Counted from the stretch's first letter, positions 10,937-21,293 are shown. The stretch is 32,000 nt of DNA from Deinococcus radiodurans R1 = ATCC 13939 = DSM 20539 (GCF_000008565.1 NC_001263.1:2541803-2573802); one strand, 5' to 3'. The notes: generated by a model from the letters alone, not told the origin. A program made the numbers and translations.

Positions 10937-11575
10937 CTAACGGCTCGCCGCCCCCCTGGCCGAGGCCACCAGCCGCAGATGCAACGAGTAGCTTTGTGGC
11001 CCCGACCGGTGCTCGTAGCGGGCAAACAGCTCGTCGAGTTCGTGTTGAAAGGCGAGGGCGTCGGCGTGGGTCAGGCGCAGGTTCGCCCAGCGGTCAATCA
11101 GCACCAGGTCGTCTTTGCCGCCCCAGGGCTGACCGGGCGAGTGAGCGAGAAACGCGCCGTAGGTCTCGCCGTGAATCACGATCTGGGTGCCGCCGATGTC
11201 GGGCAGGTCGGCAAAGGCCCGAGCGATGTCGGCGCGCAGTTGGCGTTCCATCGGCTCACCGATGCGCGCCAGCACCTCGTCAACGGGCAACACGGCGTGC
11301 GGAATGTAGAAGGAGGGGGAGGTCAGGCCATAGAGCCGCACGGGCCGCCCCGCCCTTTTTTTGGTGTCCTGCACGTCCAGCACGCCGAGCGCCTGCCAGC
11401 GGCGCACCCGGCGCAGCGTGCGGTAGAGCGGTTCCCCTCGCTGCGCGGCCCACTGCGCGGGACTCAGCGGCCCCTGGCGAAAAGGCCCCAGTTCGCCGCT
11501 CACGATGCCGCCCAGCAGCGCCAGCGCCGCGCCCTCGGACTGGACGAGTACGCTACTTGCATTTTGCTCTGGCAT
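10937..11575 (-). CDS. Hypothetical winged-helix (ArsR-like) DNA-binding protein
   Basis: Start assigned to the ATG at 11575 (MPEQNASS...). The track ORF start at 11629 would overlap the divergent gene. wHTH-like segment: LSPAQWAAQRGEPLYRTLRRVRRWQALGVLD. Confidence 0.6.
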   Translation of the reverse strand: MPEQNASSVLVQSEGAALALLGGIVSGELGPFRQGPLSPAQWAAQRGEPLYRTLRRVRRWQALGVLDVQDTKKRAGRPVRLYGLTSPSFYIPHAVLPVDEVLARIGEPMERQLRADIARAFADLPDIGGTQIVIHGETYGAFLAHSPGQPWGGKDDLVLIDRWANLRLTHADALAFQHELDELFARYEHRSGPQSYSLHLRLVASARGAASR

Positions 11576-11582
11576 GGCAAGT

Positions 11583-11588
11583 AGCCTA
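11583..11588 (-). promoter_or_regulatory. -10-like hexamer TAGGCT, 7 nt upstream of the ATG at 11575
   Basis: Plus strand agccta at 11583-11588, inside a 29-bp divergent intergenic region. Confidence 0.4.
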
Positions 11589-11592
11589 GCCC

Positions 11593-11598
11593 GACACT
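11593..11598 (+). promoter_or_regulatory. -10-like hexamer GACACT, 6 nt upstream of the ATG at 11605
   Basis: gacact at 11593-11598, spacer ctgggc. Back-to-back with the minus-strand hexamer 5 nt away. Confidence 0.3.
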
Positions 11599-11604
11599 CT
11601 GGGC

Positions 11605-12735
11605 ATGACCACCCCACCTCCGGCCCCACCCGCGCAGATCGTTCTGCAAAACACTCGCCCGCTGACCTTCAAGCTCGCGGACGGCTATGCGCTGACCGGC
11701 GAACTCAGCCTCCCGCCGGGGGCCAAGCCGGGTCAGAAGTTCCGCACCGTAATTCTGCTGCACGGGAGCGGCCCCAACGACCTCAACGAAACGCTGCCCG
11801 AACAGGTGAGCGGCGTGCCCGGCGGCAGCAAGGTCTTTTTGCAACTCGCCCGGCAGCTCAACGAGGCGGGCTTCGCGGTGGTGCGCTACAACAAGCGCGG
11901 CGTGCTGGGCGCTGGCCCCCGCATCGACCCGGCGGCCCGCCCCGAACAGGCCACCGTCTCGCAGTTTTCCGCCGACGCGCTGGGCGTGCTCCAGACCGTG
12001 CGGACTTTGCCCGAGGTCAACCCCGGTGAGGTCTTTTTGCTCGGTCATTCGGAAGGCACCATGCTCGCCGCCCGCATCGCCCGCGAGCACCCGGAGCTGG
12101 TGCGCGGGCTGGTGCTCATCGGCACGGTGGGCTACACCTTCCGCGAAACGCTGCATTTCCAGCTCGTCGACCGGCCCCTCGCGCAGGTTCACGAGCTGAT
12201 GGACGCCGACCACGACGGCTTCCTGACGATTGCCGAGCTGACCGCCGGCTTCGAGCGCTTCGGGCTCGACCTCGCCGATCAAGCGTCCGCCTTCGGCGTG
12301 GTGCAAAAGGACAAGACGTGGACCTTTCTTCCCGAGATGAAGGCCGACGCCGGGGGCCGCGTCCGGATTGACGGCCCCATCAAGGACCGGCTGGAGGCGG
12401 CGTTTGCCCCGTACCCCAACCTGCCGGATTTCGGCCCCGCTGCCGCCCGCTACTTCAAGGATGCCGATGCCTACGGCTCGGTCACGCAGAACCTGCCCGG
12501 CTACGGCGGCCCGGTGCTGATGCTGCACGGCGCCGCCGATCCGCAGACCATCCTCCCCGGCGCGAAATTGGCGCAGGCCGCCGCCGAAAAAGCGGGCAAC
12601 AAGCGCGTGAAGCTCATCGTCTATCCGGGCCTGGGGCACTCGCTCTCGCCGCTCAAAGACGGCAGGCCGACTCTGGGCTGGATGGACGCCCAGCCGCTCA
12701 ACGACCTGACGACGTGGCTCAAAGCGCAGAAGTAA
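11605..12735 (+). CDS. Alpha/beta hydrolase with an inserted canonical EF-hand loop
   Basis: 376 aa. LLHGSGPND, nucleophile elbow LLGHSEGT, C-terminal YPGLGHSL. EF-hand loop DADHDGFLTIAE at 12202-12237. Confidence 0.8.
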   Translation: MTTPPPAPPAQIVLQNTRPLTFKLADGYALTGELSLPPGAKPGQKFRTVILLHGSGPNDLNETLPEQVSGVPGGSKVFLQLARQLNEAGFAVVRYNKRGVLGAGPRIDPAARPEQATVSQFSADALGVLQTVRTLPEVNPGEVFLLGHSEGTMLAARIAREHPELVRGLVLIGTVGYTFRETLHFQLVDRPLAQVHELMDADHDGFLTIAELTAGFERFGLDLADQASAFGVVQKDKTWTFLPEMKADAGGRVRIDGPIKDRLEAAFAPYPNLPDFGPAAARYFKDADAYGSVTQNLPGYGGPVLMLHGAADPQTILPGAKLAQAAAEKAGNKRVKLIVYPGLGHSLSPLKDGRPTLGWMDAQPLNDLTTWLKAQK

Positions 12736-12760
12736 CGGGCTGAAAGAGAAGGGCAGCGAA

Positions 12761-12803
12761 GGGGTGGAGCGCGGCGGGAACGGTGTCCCGGGCACTCCAC
12801 CCC
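12761..12803. terminator. Hairpin between the convergent hydrolase gene and mltG
   Basis: GGGGTGGAG (12761-12769) pairs with CTCCACCCC (12795-12803). An inner CGGGA/TCCCG stem is present. CTCCCTTTTG follows. Confidence 0.5.
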
Positions 12804-12818
12804 CTCCCTTTTGTCGGC

Positions 12819-13850
12819 TCAGCGGTAGCGGTCGTTGTCGCGCAGGTGCTCCGCATACGTGTGGTTCACGTAGATTTTGCCGCCCGCGTGCAGGAAGTAC
12901 AGGGCGTCGCGCCCATCCGCCATTTTGCGCTGCGGGTTGACGATGCTCAGGAGCGCGGCCTCGCCGGGGTTGTTGATGGGGCCAGCGGGCAACCCCTGGC
13001 GGGTGTAGGTGGAATAAGGCGTATCCACCTTGAAGTCCCCCGCCGAGCGGTCGAGTTCCGGCAGGTCCTTGCCCAGCCCATAGGCCACGGTGGGGTCGCT
13101 GCCGAGCGGAATGCCGTCGCGCAGGCGGTTGAGGAAGACCCCGGCAATGACCGGCATCTCTTCGTTGTTGGCGGCCTCGGCCTGCACCATGCTCGCCAGC
13201 GTCACCCAGTCGCGCACGTCGAGGCCGAGCGCCTTCGCCTTGGCGACGTTGCCCGGCGTGAACTCGGTTTCCATGCGCTCCACCATCTTCTTCACCACGT
13301 CAGTGGCGCTGTCCTTGGGGCGGAACTCGTAGGTGGCGGGAAACACGAAGCCTTCGAGGTTCTTCTGCTTGCCCCGGGCGTAGCGGCTGAGCGACGCGTC
13401 GTTGAGCGCCGCCGTGATGGCCGCCGCGTCGAAGCCCGCCTTCTGGAAAATCTCGGGCAGGTCCTTGATGCGCCGGCCCTCGGGCACGGTCACGTTGACC
13501 ACCGGAACGCGGGCGGGGCCGTCCAGCGTCTTGACGACCTCATCCACCGTCATCTGACCGTTGAGGTCGTAGGCGCCTTCCTTGAGCCGCGCCGCCGCGC
13601 CGCTTTGCTGCATGGCGTAGCGCAGGATGCGGGCGTTTTTGACGATCTTCTTGTTTTCGAGTTCGCGGGCGATTTGCGGCACGGTCTCGCCGGGCGTGAC
13701 TTCCAGCGTGTAGGGGGCGCCGCCCGCCGGGCCGAAGAGGCTGCGGAAATAGGCAAAGGCGCCGAGCACGGCCAGCAGGCCCAGCACGATCAAGCCGAGC
13801 AGCAGTTTGGCCCAGAGCGGCAGGCCACGGCGGGAATTCAGGGTCGTCAT
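12819..13850 (-). CDS. mltG: Endolytic murein transglycosylase MltG (YceG-like)
   Basis: 343 aa. N-terminal [34 protein letters not shown] and [10 protein letters not shown] are YceG-type motifs. The ATG overlaps the upstream stop (ATGA, 13847-13850). Confidence 0.9.
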   Translation of the reverse strand: MTTLNSRRGLPLWAKLLLGLIVLGLLAVLGAFAYFRSLFGPAGGAPYTLEVTPGETVPQIARELENKKIVKNARILRYAMQQSGAAARLKEGAYDLNGQMTVDEVVKTLDGPARVPVVNVTVPEGRRIKDLPEIFQKAGFDAAAITAALNDASLSRYARGKQKNLEGFVFPATYEFRPKDSATDVVKKMVERMETEFTPGNVAKAKALGLDVRDWVTLASMVQAEAANNEEMPVIAGVFLNRLRDGIPLGSDPTVAYGLGKDLPELDRSAGDFKVDTPYSTYTRQGLPAGPINNPGEAALLSIVNPQRKMADGRDALYFLHAGGKIYVNHTYAEHLRDNDRYR

Positions 13851-14878
13851 GCGTTTACCTCAGGAGAGTCTTGGGAAGGGTCAGGGGCAGCTGCGGGGTC
13901 AGGGGTCAACAGATCGGCGCCCACGCTCGCCAGCCGCCGGGTGAGGTCAGGGTCAGCGGGCGGGCGAGCCCCGAAGCGCGAGACCACCCAGCCGCCCACC
14001 TGCACGGCGACGCGGGCGGCGCGCTCGGCGTCGTGGTGCCGCAGCCACTGCGACAGGAAAGCGCCCCCGAAGGCGTCCCCGGCCCCGGTGGCGTCCACCA
14101 GCGGGTCGCGGGTGGCGGGCACCTGCACGCGGGCGGTCTGCGGGCCTTCGATCAGGGCACCGTCCTCGTCCATCTTCAGGGCAATCAGGGCGCGGGGGTA
14201 GCGGGCCCGCAGCCAGGTGAGCGCCGCTTCGTTGTCGCGCTCGCCGCTCATGGCGCGGGCCTCGTCGTCGTTGGGAAACATCACGTCGAAGGGCAGCGCG
14301 TCCACGATGTTCAGGAAGGCTTCGCGCCCAAGTTGCTGAATCATCTGAAAGCTGCCGGGGTCCAAGCTGAGGGTGGCGCCCCCCGCCTTGGCGATGCGGG
14401 CCGCTTCGAGCGCGGCGGCGCGGGGCGGGTCACGAAACAGGCTCCAGGCGGTCAGGTGCAGGTGTCCGGCACTGGAGAGCACGTCGCGTGGCAGCTCCTC
14501 CGGCAGCAGTTCCCAGTCGGCGCCCTGCCCGGTCAGCATGGCGCGCTGGCCCCGGCGGTCAATCAGGGCGAGGATGACGCCGGTGGGGTGCGCGGCGCTT
14601 GCCAGCACCTCGGCGCGCACCCCCTCGGCGCGCAGTTCGGCGGTCGCCAGTTCGCCGAAGCGGTCCTGGCCGATTTTGCCGACGAAGGTGGTCGGGGCGC
14701 CGAGCCGCGCGGCCCACACGGCCAGGTTGGCGGCGCTGCCCCCGCCGGAGAGTTCCAGGCGCCCGGTGGTGTCGCCGCCCGGCAGCAGCAGGGTGTCGGG
14801 TTTGGCCAGTACGTCCCAGGCGAGGTCACCCAGGGACACCAGCGGCGGCGGCAAGGCCGGAAAAGAGGCGTCTGTCAT
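13847..14878 (-). CDS. PfkB-family carbohydrate (ribokinase-like) kinase
   Basis: 343 aa. [16 protein letters not shown], and the C-terminal [14 protein letters not shown] signature. Confidence 0.85.
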   Translation of the reverse strand: MTDASFPALPPPLVSLGDLAWDVLAKPDTLLLPGGDTTGRLELSGGGSAANLAVWAARLGAPTTFVGKIGQDRFGELATAELRAEGVRAEVLASAAHPTGVILALIDRRGQRAMLTGQGADWELLPEELPRDVLSSAGHLHLTAWSLFRDPPRAAALEAARIAKAGGATLSLDPGSFQMIQQLGREAFLNIVDALPFDVMFPNDDEARAMSGERDNEAALTWLRARYPRALIALKMDEDGALIEGPQTARVQVPATRDPLVDATGAGDAFGGAFLSQWLRHHDAERAARVAVQVGGWVVSRFGARPPADPDLTRRLASVGADLLTPDPAAAPDPSQDSPEVNA

Positions 14879-14939
14879 GCGTAAGGCTCAGGATAGCAAG
14901 GGGCCAGGAGAGTAAGGGGGCTGCCGCACTCGGCCCAGC

Positions 14940-15604
14940 TCAGGCCTCCCGCTCCCGCACCGGGGTCTGCATCTCGCGCAGTGCGAGCAGGCTCAGCCCC
15001 AGCGCGAGCAGGTCCAGCGCGGCGTGGACGCCATACATCACCACGTCCTGCGTCCGGAAGCCCTCGCTCACGCCGCCCAGCGGCACGGTGTTGATGACCC
15101 CGATGGCAAGGGCGAGCGGCGCGGCCACGTTGAGCCACTCGCCCAGGCGCCGGCGCCCCAGCGCGTTCGCCGGGTCGGTCGCGTAGCGGGCGAGCGTGCC
15201 GTACACCGCGTTCTTGGCGAAGATGTACCCGAACGACAGGGTTTGCAGCGCCGTCAGCGCCACCGGGTTGACCTCCGCCGTCACGTTGCCGCTCAGCGCC
15301 AGCAGCCCGATGAGCCACAAAGACAGCCGCAGCGCCGTGAGCCAGGGAAAGAAAATCCGCAGCGCCCTGAGCGTGCCGTCGGTGTCCGGCGTGCCCTGGC
15401 CGAGCAGATAACGCCCGAAAATGACCGCCCACCACGCCCCCACCAGCGCGGCGAGCAGCGAGCGCAGGCCGGTGACGACCGTGCCTTCATTCAGCCCCGG
15501 CAGCAGCGTATACGCGGTCAGCCCCAAGCTGGCGGCCACGTAGAGCCACTGCGCGGTGAGAGCCGGGAGGCGCCAGCGGTTGCCGGAAGCCCCTGCCGGC
15601 GCGG

Positions 15605-15608
<4 letters not shown>
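14940..15608 (-). CDS. Hypothetical multi-pass membrane protein
   Basis: 222 aa with about 6 hydrophobic helices. The GTG start overlaps the gatB stop (GTGA, 15605-15608). GC3-rich. Confidence 0.65.
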
Positions 15609-17044
<1,436 letters not shown>

Positions 17045-17051
17045 GGGAAAA

Positions 17052-17057
17052 AGGATA
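17052..17057 (-). promoter_or_regulatory. -10-like hexamer TATCCT, 7 nt upstream of the gatB ATG
   Basis: Plus strand aggata at 17052-17057. Spacer is 17045-17051. Confidence 0.4.
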
Positions 17058-17224
17058 GCGCCCTGACCGCTGCGCATCTGGAGGGCGGGCAGACAGCGGC
17101 AGCGGGGCAAACAGGACAACAGGACACACGCCCGCACAAACCGACTTCAGGCCGCTTCTCACGAGATTGTAAGGGGGGCCCTTATTCGTCAGGGTGGGGG
17201 CGGCCGGCGGCGGAGACGAACTGT

Positions 17225-17230
17225 TAGACT
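17225..17230 (+). promoter_or_regulatory. -10-like hexamer TAGACT, 6 nt upstream of the response-regulator ATG
   Basis: tagact at 17225-17230, spacer tctcat, ATG at 17237. Confidence 0.45.
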
Positions 17231-17236
17231 TCTCAT

Positions 17237-18271
17237 ATGCCGCGCATTCTGGTCGTGGACGACGACGCCGCCATTGTCAAGCTCATCAGCGTCATTCTCA
17301 GCCGCGCCGGGCACGAGGTGCGGAGCTGTTCGCATCCGGTGGAAGCGCTGGACCTGCTCAAAGTGTTTACCCCTGACCTGATCATCAGCGACGTGGTGAT
17401 GCCGTACATGACTGGCCTGGAATTTCTGGAACAGGTGCGCGACCACGAGAACCTTTCGGCGATGCCGTTCATCTTGCTCTCGAGCCACGCCGAGCGGACC
17501 GATGTGCGCCGGGGCATGAACCTCGGCGCCGACGACTACCTGCCCAAGCCCTTTACGCCGCAGGGCCTGACCACCGCTGTGGACGCCCGGTTGCGCCGGG
17601 TGGGCCTGACCGCGCAGGCCGAAAGCGGCACCCAGGCCAAGGGGCTCGGCACCGCGCAGGTGCTGTGGCAGGGGCAGCAGGTGTCGTGGGTGTCGCGCAA
17701 GGCGCTCGAACTGTTTTTCTACCTGCTCGAACACAAGGAAGTCACCAGCTGGGAAGCCGCCGAGGCGCTGTGGCCCGAAAAAGACGAGTCGCGGGCGAGC
17801 AGCCTCTTTCACACCACGCTGCACCGCCTGCGCAAGAGCCTGAACAACGAGGCCGTGACCAGCCAGAACCGCAAGTACGCGCTCGCCGCTGGCCTGAACC
17901 CCGAGTACGACGTGCAACGCTACGAACTGCTCGCCGGACAGGCCGAAGCGGGCAGTCTGGGCTACGAGGAGCTCAAGGAACTCGTCGGGCAGTACGGCAC
18001 GTTCCTGCCCGGCGCCGACAGCCCCTGGGTGGACGACGTGCGCTCGCGGCTCGAACAGACCCAGATGAACCTGCTCGGCCTCGCCGCCCGCGCCGCGAGC
18101 CTGGCCGGCAAGCCCAAGGAGGCCGCGCAATACCACCAGCGCGCGCTCACGCTCGACCCCCTCAGCGAACAGGACTGGAAGGGCCTGCAAGCGTCGCTCG
18201 ACACCCTCGGCGACCCCCGCGCCCGCATGGCCGAACAGCGCGAGGCGTGGTGGGCGATGGATTTCGACTGA
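17237..18271 (+). CDS. Response regulator: REC domain fused to a SARP-type wHTH plus BTAD domain
   Basis: 344 aa. REC residues: VVDDD, IISDVVMP (acceptor Asp), LLSS, YLPKPF. Then an OmpR/SARP-like wHTH (RKALELFFYLLEH...HTTLHRLRKSL) and a TPR-like BTAD tail. Confidence 0.85.
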   Translation: MPRILVVDDDAAIVKLISVILSRAGHEVRSCSHPVEALDLLKVFTPDLIISDVVMPYMTGLEFLEQVRDHENLSAMPFILLSSHAERTDVRRGMNLGADDYLPKPFTPQGLTTAVDARLRRVGLTAQAESGTQAKGLGTAQVLWQGQQVSWVSRKALELFFYLLEHKEVTSWEAAEALWPEKDESRASSLFHTTLHRLRKSLNNEAVTSQNRKYALAAGLNPEYDVQRYELLAGQAEAGSLGYEELKELVGQYGTFLPGADSPWVDDVRSRLEQTQMNLLGLAARAASLAGKPKEAAQYHQRALTLDPLSEQDWKGLQASLDTLGDPRARMAEQREAWWAMDFD

Positions 18272-18290
18272 GGGAAGAGAAAAAAGAAAC

Positions 18291-18324
18291 GGCGCCAAGG
18301 TCAACTCACCTTGGCGCCTTTTTT
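18291..18324 (+). terminator. Rho-independent terminator of the response-regulator gene
   Basis: GGCGCCAAGGT (18291-18301) pairs perfectly with ACCTTGGCGCC (18308-18318). Loop is 6 nt, followed by TTTTTT. Confidence 0.75.
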
Positions 18325-18331
18325 CCTGCCT

Positions 18332-18481
18332 TAGAGCAGTTCTCCGAATGACGCGTGCGTCGGAACAGCACCGCCACCCGCTCCATTCTCTGCTTCGCAG
18401 CTTTGCAAGTCCGTTCTGCTCCGTGTTTTGCACTCGCTCCGCTCGCCAAAAAGCTGTGCCATCTTTTTGTCAAAGGCTCTA
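18332..18481. repeat. Degenerate second copy of the TAGAGC-ended repeat family
   Basis: Left end TAGAGCAGTT (18332-). The right end CATCTTTTTGTCAAAGGCTCTA closely matches CATTCTTATGTCAAATGCTCTA of the 9887-9986 element. The right end supplies the TAG stop of the MBL gene (18479-18481). Confidence 0.4.
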
Positions 18482-19126
18482 CAGGAACGGATTGCTCCGC
18501 TTCTCCCGTCCAATCGTCGTGAAGCCGCCGTGGCCGGGGTAGACGTAGGTGTCGTCCGGCAGGCTCAGCAGTTCGCGCTCGATGCCCGCGATGAGCTGCG
18601 GGTGGTTGCCGCCCGGCAGGTCGGTGCGCCCGATGCCCCCGGCAAAGAGGGTGTCGCCCGCAATCACGAAGCCGTCGCCCACGAACACCACATGCCCCGG
18701 CGCGTGCCCCGGCAGCTCACGGGCGGTCAGGGTGAGGTCGCCTGCCGTGAAGGTCTGGTCCTGGGCAATCTGCTGGTCGGGGTCGGCGGGCTGCACGAAG
18801 GGCAGGTTCCAGCGCCCCGCCGACGCCGCGCCGAGGTGATAGGTGGCGAGGTCGTCCGCGTGGAGGTGAACCGGCACGCCGAGCGCCTCGCGCACCGGCT
18901 GCACCGCGCCGATGTGGTCGAAGTGCGCGTGGGTGAGCAAAATCGCCTGCACGTCCACCCCCGCCGCGCGCACGAGGTCCAGAATGCGCGCCGCTTCGTC
19001 GCCGGGGTCAATCAAGAAGCCCTGGTTGTCCGAGCCCGCCACGAGCAGCGCGTTTTCCTGAAGGGGGCCGGTGGGGAGCGACCACAGACGAACGGAACCG
19101 TGGGTGCGGGGAGCAGGCAGCGTCAT
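18479..19126 (-). CDS. MBL-fold metallo-hydrolase (glyoxalase II-like)
   Basis: 215 aa. [13 protein letters not shown] (HxHxDH), [21 protein letters not shown]. Confidence 0.9.
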   Translation of the reverse strand: MTLPAPRTHGSVRLWSLPTGPLQENALLVAGSDNQGFLIDPGDEAARILDLVRAAGVDVQAILLTHAHFDHIGAVQPVREALGVPVHLHADDLATYHLGAASAGRWNLPFVQPADPDQQIAQDQTFTAGDLTLTARELPGHAPGHVVFVGDGFVIAGDTLFAGGIGRTDLPGGNHPQLIAGIERELLSLPDDTYVYPGHGGFTTIGREKRSNPFL

Positions 19127-19132
19127 GAGCGC

Positions 19133-19138
19133 AGCATA
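19133..19138 (-). promoter_or_regulatory. -10-like hexamer TATGCT, 6 nt upstream of the MBL ATG
   Basis: Plus strand agcata at 19133-19138. Spacer is 19127-19132. Confidence 0.45.
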
Positions 19139-19188
19139 GCGGGGCGACTCCGCTTGCCCCTCTGGCCCCCATGCCCGATGATGACGCC

Positions 19189-19641
19189 ATGCAACACACC
19201 CGCACCTGGACGGACGTGTACGGCTCGCCCCGCGCCAGCTTCGAGGGCCGCGCCGGGGGCCACCGCTGGCTGGTCGCCGCGCCGCCCGAACTCGCCGCTG
19301 CGCTGCCCGCCGCCCTCGCGGCAGTGGACGGCAAGGGCACCTTCGAGCTGCTCGTCCACGACGGACTGACCCCGCTGCTCGGCGCGCTGGAAGAAGGCGA
19401 ACACCGGGGCGTGCTGGTGGTGGCCGAGCGGGCCCTCGCAGGTGGCCCAGCGGTGGAGGTGCCCGCGCGGGTGGTGGACGACCTCAGCGGCGCGCCCTAC
19501 CAGGAAGGCGGCCCGTTTCCCGCCTGGACCGGCGCCGGGACCGTAATGGGGGAACAGGGCGAGTGCGCGGCAGCAGCGCGGCAGCCTCGCTCGGCGTGCC
19601 GGTGGTCGTCACCGACCCGGCGGGCGTGGCTCAGGCGCTGA
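19189..19641 (+). CDS. Hypothetical protein, probably frameshifted near its 3' end
   Basis: Protein-like and GC3-rich up to about 19560, then Arg/Trp/Cys-rich junk. Another frame reads cleanly from about 19566 to TGA 19674-19676. The ATG at 19189 is preferred over 19171 because GATGAT lies 6 nt upstream. Confidence 0.4.
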   Translation: MQHTRTWTDVYGSPRASFEGRAGGHRWLVAAPPELAAALPAALAAVDGKGTFELLVHDGLTPLLGALEEGEHRGVLVVAERALAGGPAVEVPARVVDDLSGAPYQEGGPFPAWTGAGTVMGEQGECAAAARQPRSACRWSSPTRRAWLRR

Positions 19642-19761
19642 CCGCCTGGCTGGACGCGACGCCGCACGGACGCTGACCCACTGACCCTGATGACCCTGCC
19701 CCGCCACAATCTTTCCGAACGGCCAAGAGGCACAAACGGGCGGAGACTTACAATTTGAACC

Positions 19762-19989
19762 ATGCAGATTCTCTCCAAGGTGGTGGTGCTGATCGGCCTG
19801 GTGGTCATCGTGGCCAGCCTGTTCTATCTCGCGAAGAACTACATCGACATCAACCAGCTGCACGCCATCGCCTACGCCAACAAGAGCAACGAGGGCCCCA
19901 ACCCCGTCAACAACGTCATGCTCATGACCGCGCTCGCCGTCGCGGGCGGCTTTCTCACCGGCCTCGGCCTGAGCATGCCCAAGCGCTGA
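19762..19989 (+). CDS. Small (75 aa) two-TM membrane protein
   Basis: MQILSKVVVLIGLVVIVASLFYL ... VMLMTALAVAGGFLTGLGL. GGAGA Shine-Dalgarno upstream, strong GC3, own terminator. Confidence 0.7.
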   Translation: MQILSKVVVLIGLVVIVASLFYLAKNYIDINQLHAIAYANKSNEGPNPVNNVMLMTALAVAGGFLTGLGLSMPKR

Positions 19990-20005
19990 GCCACCGGCCA
20001 AATAG

Positions 20006-20035
20006 AAAACCCCTCCGGCTGGGAGGGGCTTTTTT
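20006..20035. terminator. Bidirectional rho-independent terminator
   Basis: AAAA-CCCCTCC (20010-20016), loop GGCTG, GGAGGGG (20022-28), then C-TTTTTT. Lies between convergent genes. Confidence 0.7.
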
Positions 20036-20050
20036 ATGGTGCAGCGGGGG

Positions 20051-20341
20051 TCAGCTCAGCGCCCTGACCAGTTCCGCCTTGCTCATGCGGCTGCGGCCCG
20101 CGATGCCTTTTTCCTTGGCGCGGTTGTAGAGCTCGTCGCGGGTCAGGTCGCTCAGCGCGGCGTCCGGGTTGCCGGTGCCCTGGGTGCGCTTGTTCGGGGT
20201 GCGGCCCTCTTCGCGGCGGGATTTGTTGACGGTGCGGGCGGCGATTTCCTCGGCGCGGTCTGGCGACTCGCCGCGCTTGACCTCACTGTCCTTGACGTGC
20301 TCGTACTGACGTTCGTCTTTGTTGCTCCAGGCTTTGGGCAT
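20051..20341 (-). CDS. Small basic protein with C-terminal Rho-N/SAP-like helix motif
   Basis: 96 aa. KDERQYEHVKDS at the N-terminus. The C-terminal LTRDELYNRAKEKGIAGRSRMSKAELVRAL resembles the Rho termination factor N-terminal domain. GGAGGTG Shine-Dalgarno 5 nt upstream. Confidence 0.75.
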   Translation of the reverse strand: MPKAWSNKDERQYEHVKDSEVKRGESPDRAEEIAARTVNKSRREEGRTPNKRTQGTGNPDAALSDLTRDELYNRAKEKGIAGRSRMSKAELVRALS

Positions 20342-20400
20342 GGCGCACCTCCGGCGTTAACGTAAGCCTCGCGGCCCCGCGCCAGAAAGTCGGACTTTCT

Positions 20401-20598
20401 TTATTCCCCGCCGACCACCGCCTGCACCCGGCCCACCTGCCCGCTCGTCAGCCGGACCTTGATGCCGTGCGGGTGCGAGGGCGAGCGCGTGAGCAGCGCC
20501 GCGACCACGCCACGGGTCAGCTTGCCGGTGGGCTGGTCCTGCTTTTGCACGATGTCCACGGTCAGGCCGGGCCGAATCTGGGAGCGGAGGGGCGGCAT
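20401..20598 (-). CDS. YwbE-family (DUF2196) small protein
   Basis: 65 aa. VDIVQKQDQPTGKLTRGVVAALLTRSPSHPHGIKVRLTSGQVGRV matches my recollection of the YwbE pattern. Confidence 0.8.
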   Translation of the reverse strand: MPPLRSQIRPGLTVDIVQKQDQPTGKLTRGVVAALLTRSPSHPHGIKVRLTSGQVGRVQAVVGGE

Positions 20599-20604
20599 GT
20601 TGCC

Positions 20605-20610
20605 AGCCTA
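20605..20610 (-). promoter_or_regulatory. -10-like hexamer TAGGCT, 6 nt upstream of the YwbE-family ATG
   Basis: Plus strand agccta at 20605-20610. The hexamer contains the TAG stop (20608-20610) of the upstream methyltransferase gene. Confidence 0.4.
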
Positions 20611-21228
20611 CCCGTTGCCCCGGACGAACAGAGCGAACTGCACGGCCCCCGCCCGCCGGGCGTGAACGATGGCGCCGCCGGGCAAGGCAGTCTCCACCGC
20701 GCTCAGGTCAGGAAAGGTCAGCCCACCGAGCCGGGCGAGGAGCCCTTGCAGCGGCCCGCCCGTGCGCGGCACGAACATCAGCCACAGCTTGCCACCGGGA
20801 CGCAGCAGCCGCGCGCACTCGCCGAGCAGCCGCGCGGGGTCGGCGGTTTCGTTCAACGTCGCCCCAACGACCACGCCGTCGAAGCTCGCCGTGCGCCAGC
20901 CGGTCTCTTCCACGTTCGTCTGCACCCACTCGATCTGGGGCCGGGGTTCCCGCCGCGCCGCCGCGTGCAGCATGGCGGGGCTGAGGTCAGCGGCCACCAC
21001 CCGGCAGCCCGCCCGCGCCAGCACCCCGGCGTAAAACCCGGTGCTGGTGCCCACGTCCAGCCAGCGTTCCCCAGCATGAGGGCGGCACAGCCCGAGAAAC
21101 AGCCGCGCTTCCCGCGCCAGCCCGAACGGTTCTCCGGCCAGCCACGTCAGCGAACGGGCGCGCCACAGGGGATACCCCCAGGCGGTCAGGGGAAAGAAAT
21201 TGCTGCGTTGAGCGGGAGTCAGGTTCAT
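20608..21228 (-). CDS. Class I SAM-dependent methyltransferase
   Basis: 206 aa. Motif [20 protein letters not shown], then [11 protein letters not shown], then [10 protein letters not shown]. Confidence 0.85.
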   Translation of the reverse strand: MNLTPAQRSNFFPLTAWGYPLWRARSLTWLAGEPFGLAREARLFLGLCRPHAGERWLDVGTSTGFYAGVLARAGCRVVAADLSPAMLHAAARREPRPQIEWVQTNVEETGWRTASFDGVVVGATLNETADPARLLGECARLLRPGGKLWLMFVPRTGGPLQGLLARLGGLTFPDLSAVETALPGGAIVHARRAGAVQFALFVRGNG

Positions 21229-21270
21229 AAGTCACCTTGACATCGAAAAGGGGCGGAGGGCCGCAAAAGC

Positions 21271-21293
21271 AAAAAGCCGCCCGGATGGACGGC
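21271..21293 (-). terminator. Candidate terminator of the 70-aa gene
   Basis: On the minus strand, GCCGTCC-ATCC-GGGCGGC (one mismatch) is followed by TTTTTGCTTTTG. Confidence 0.4.
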
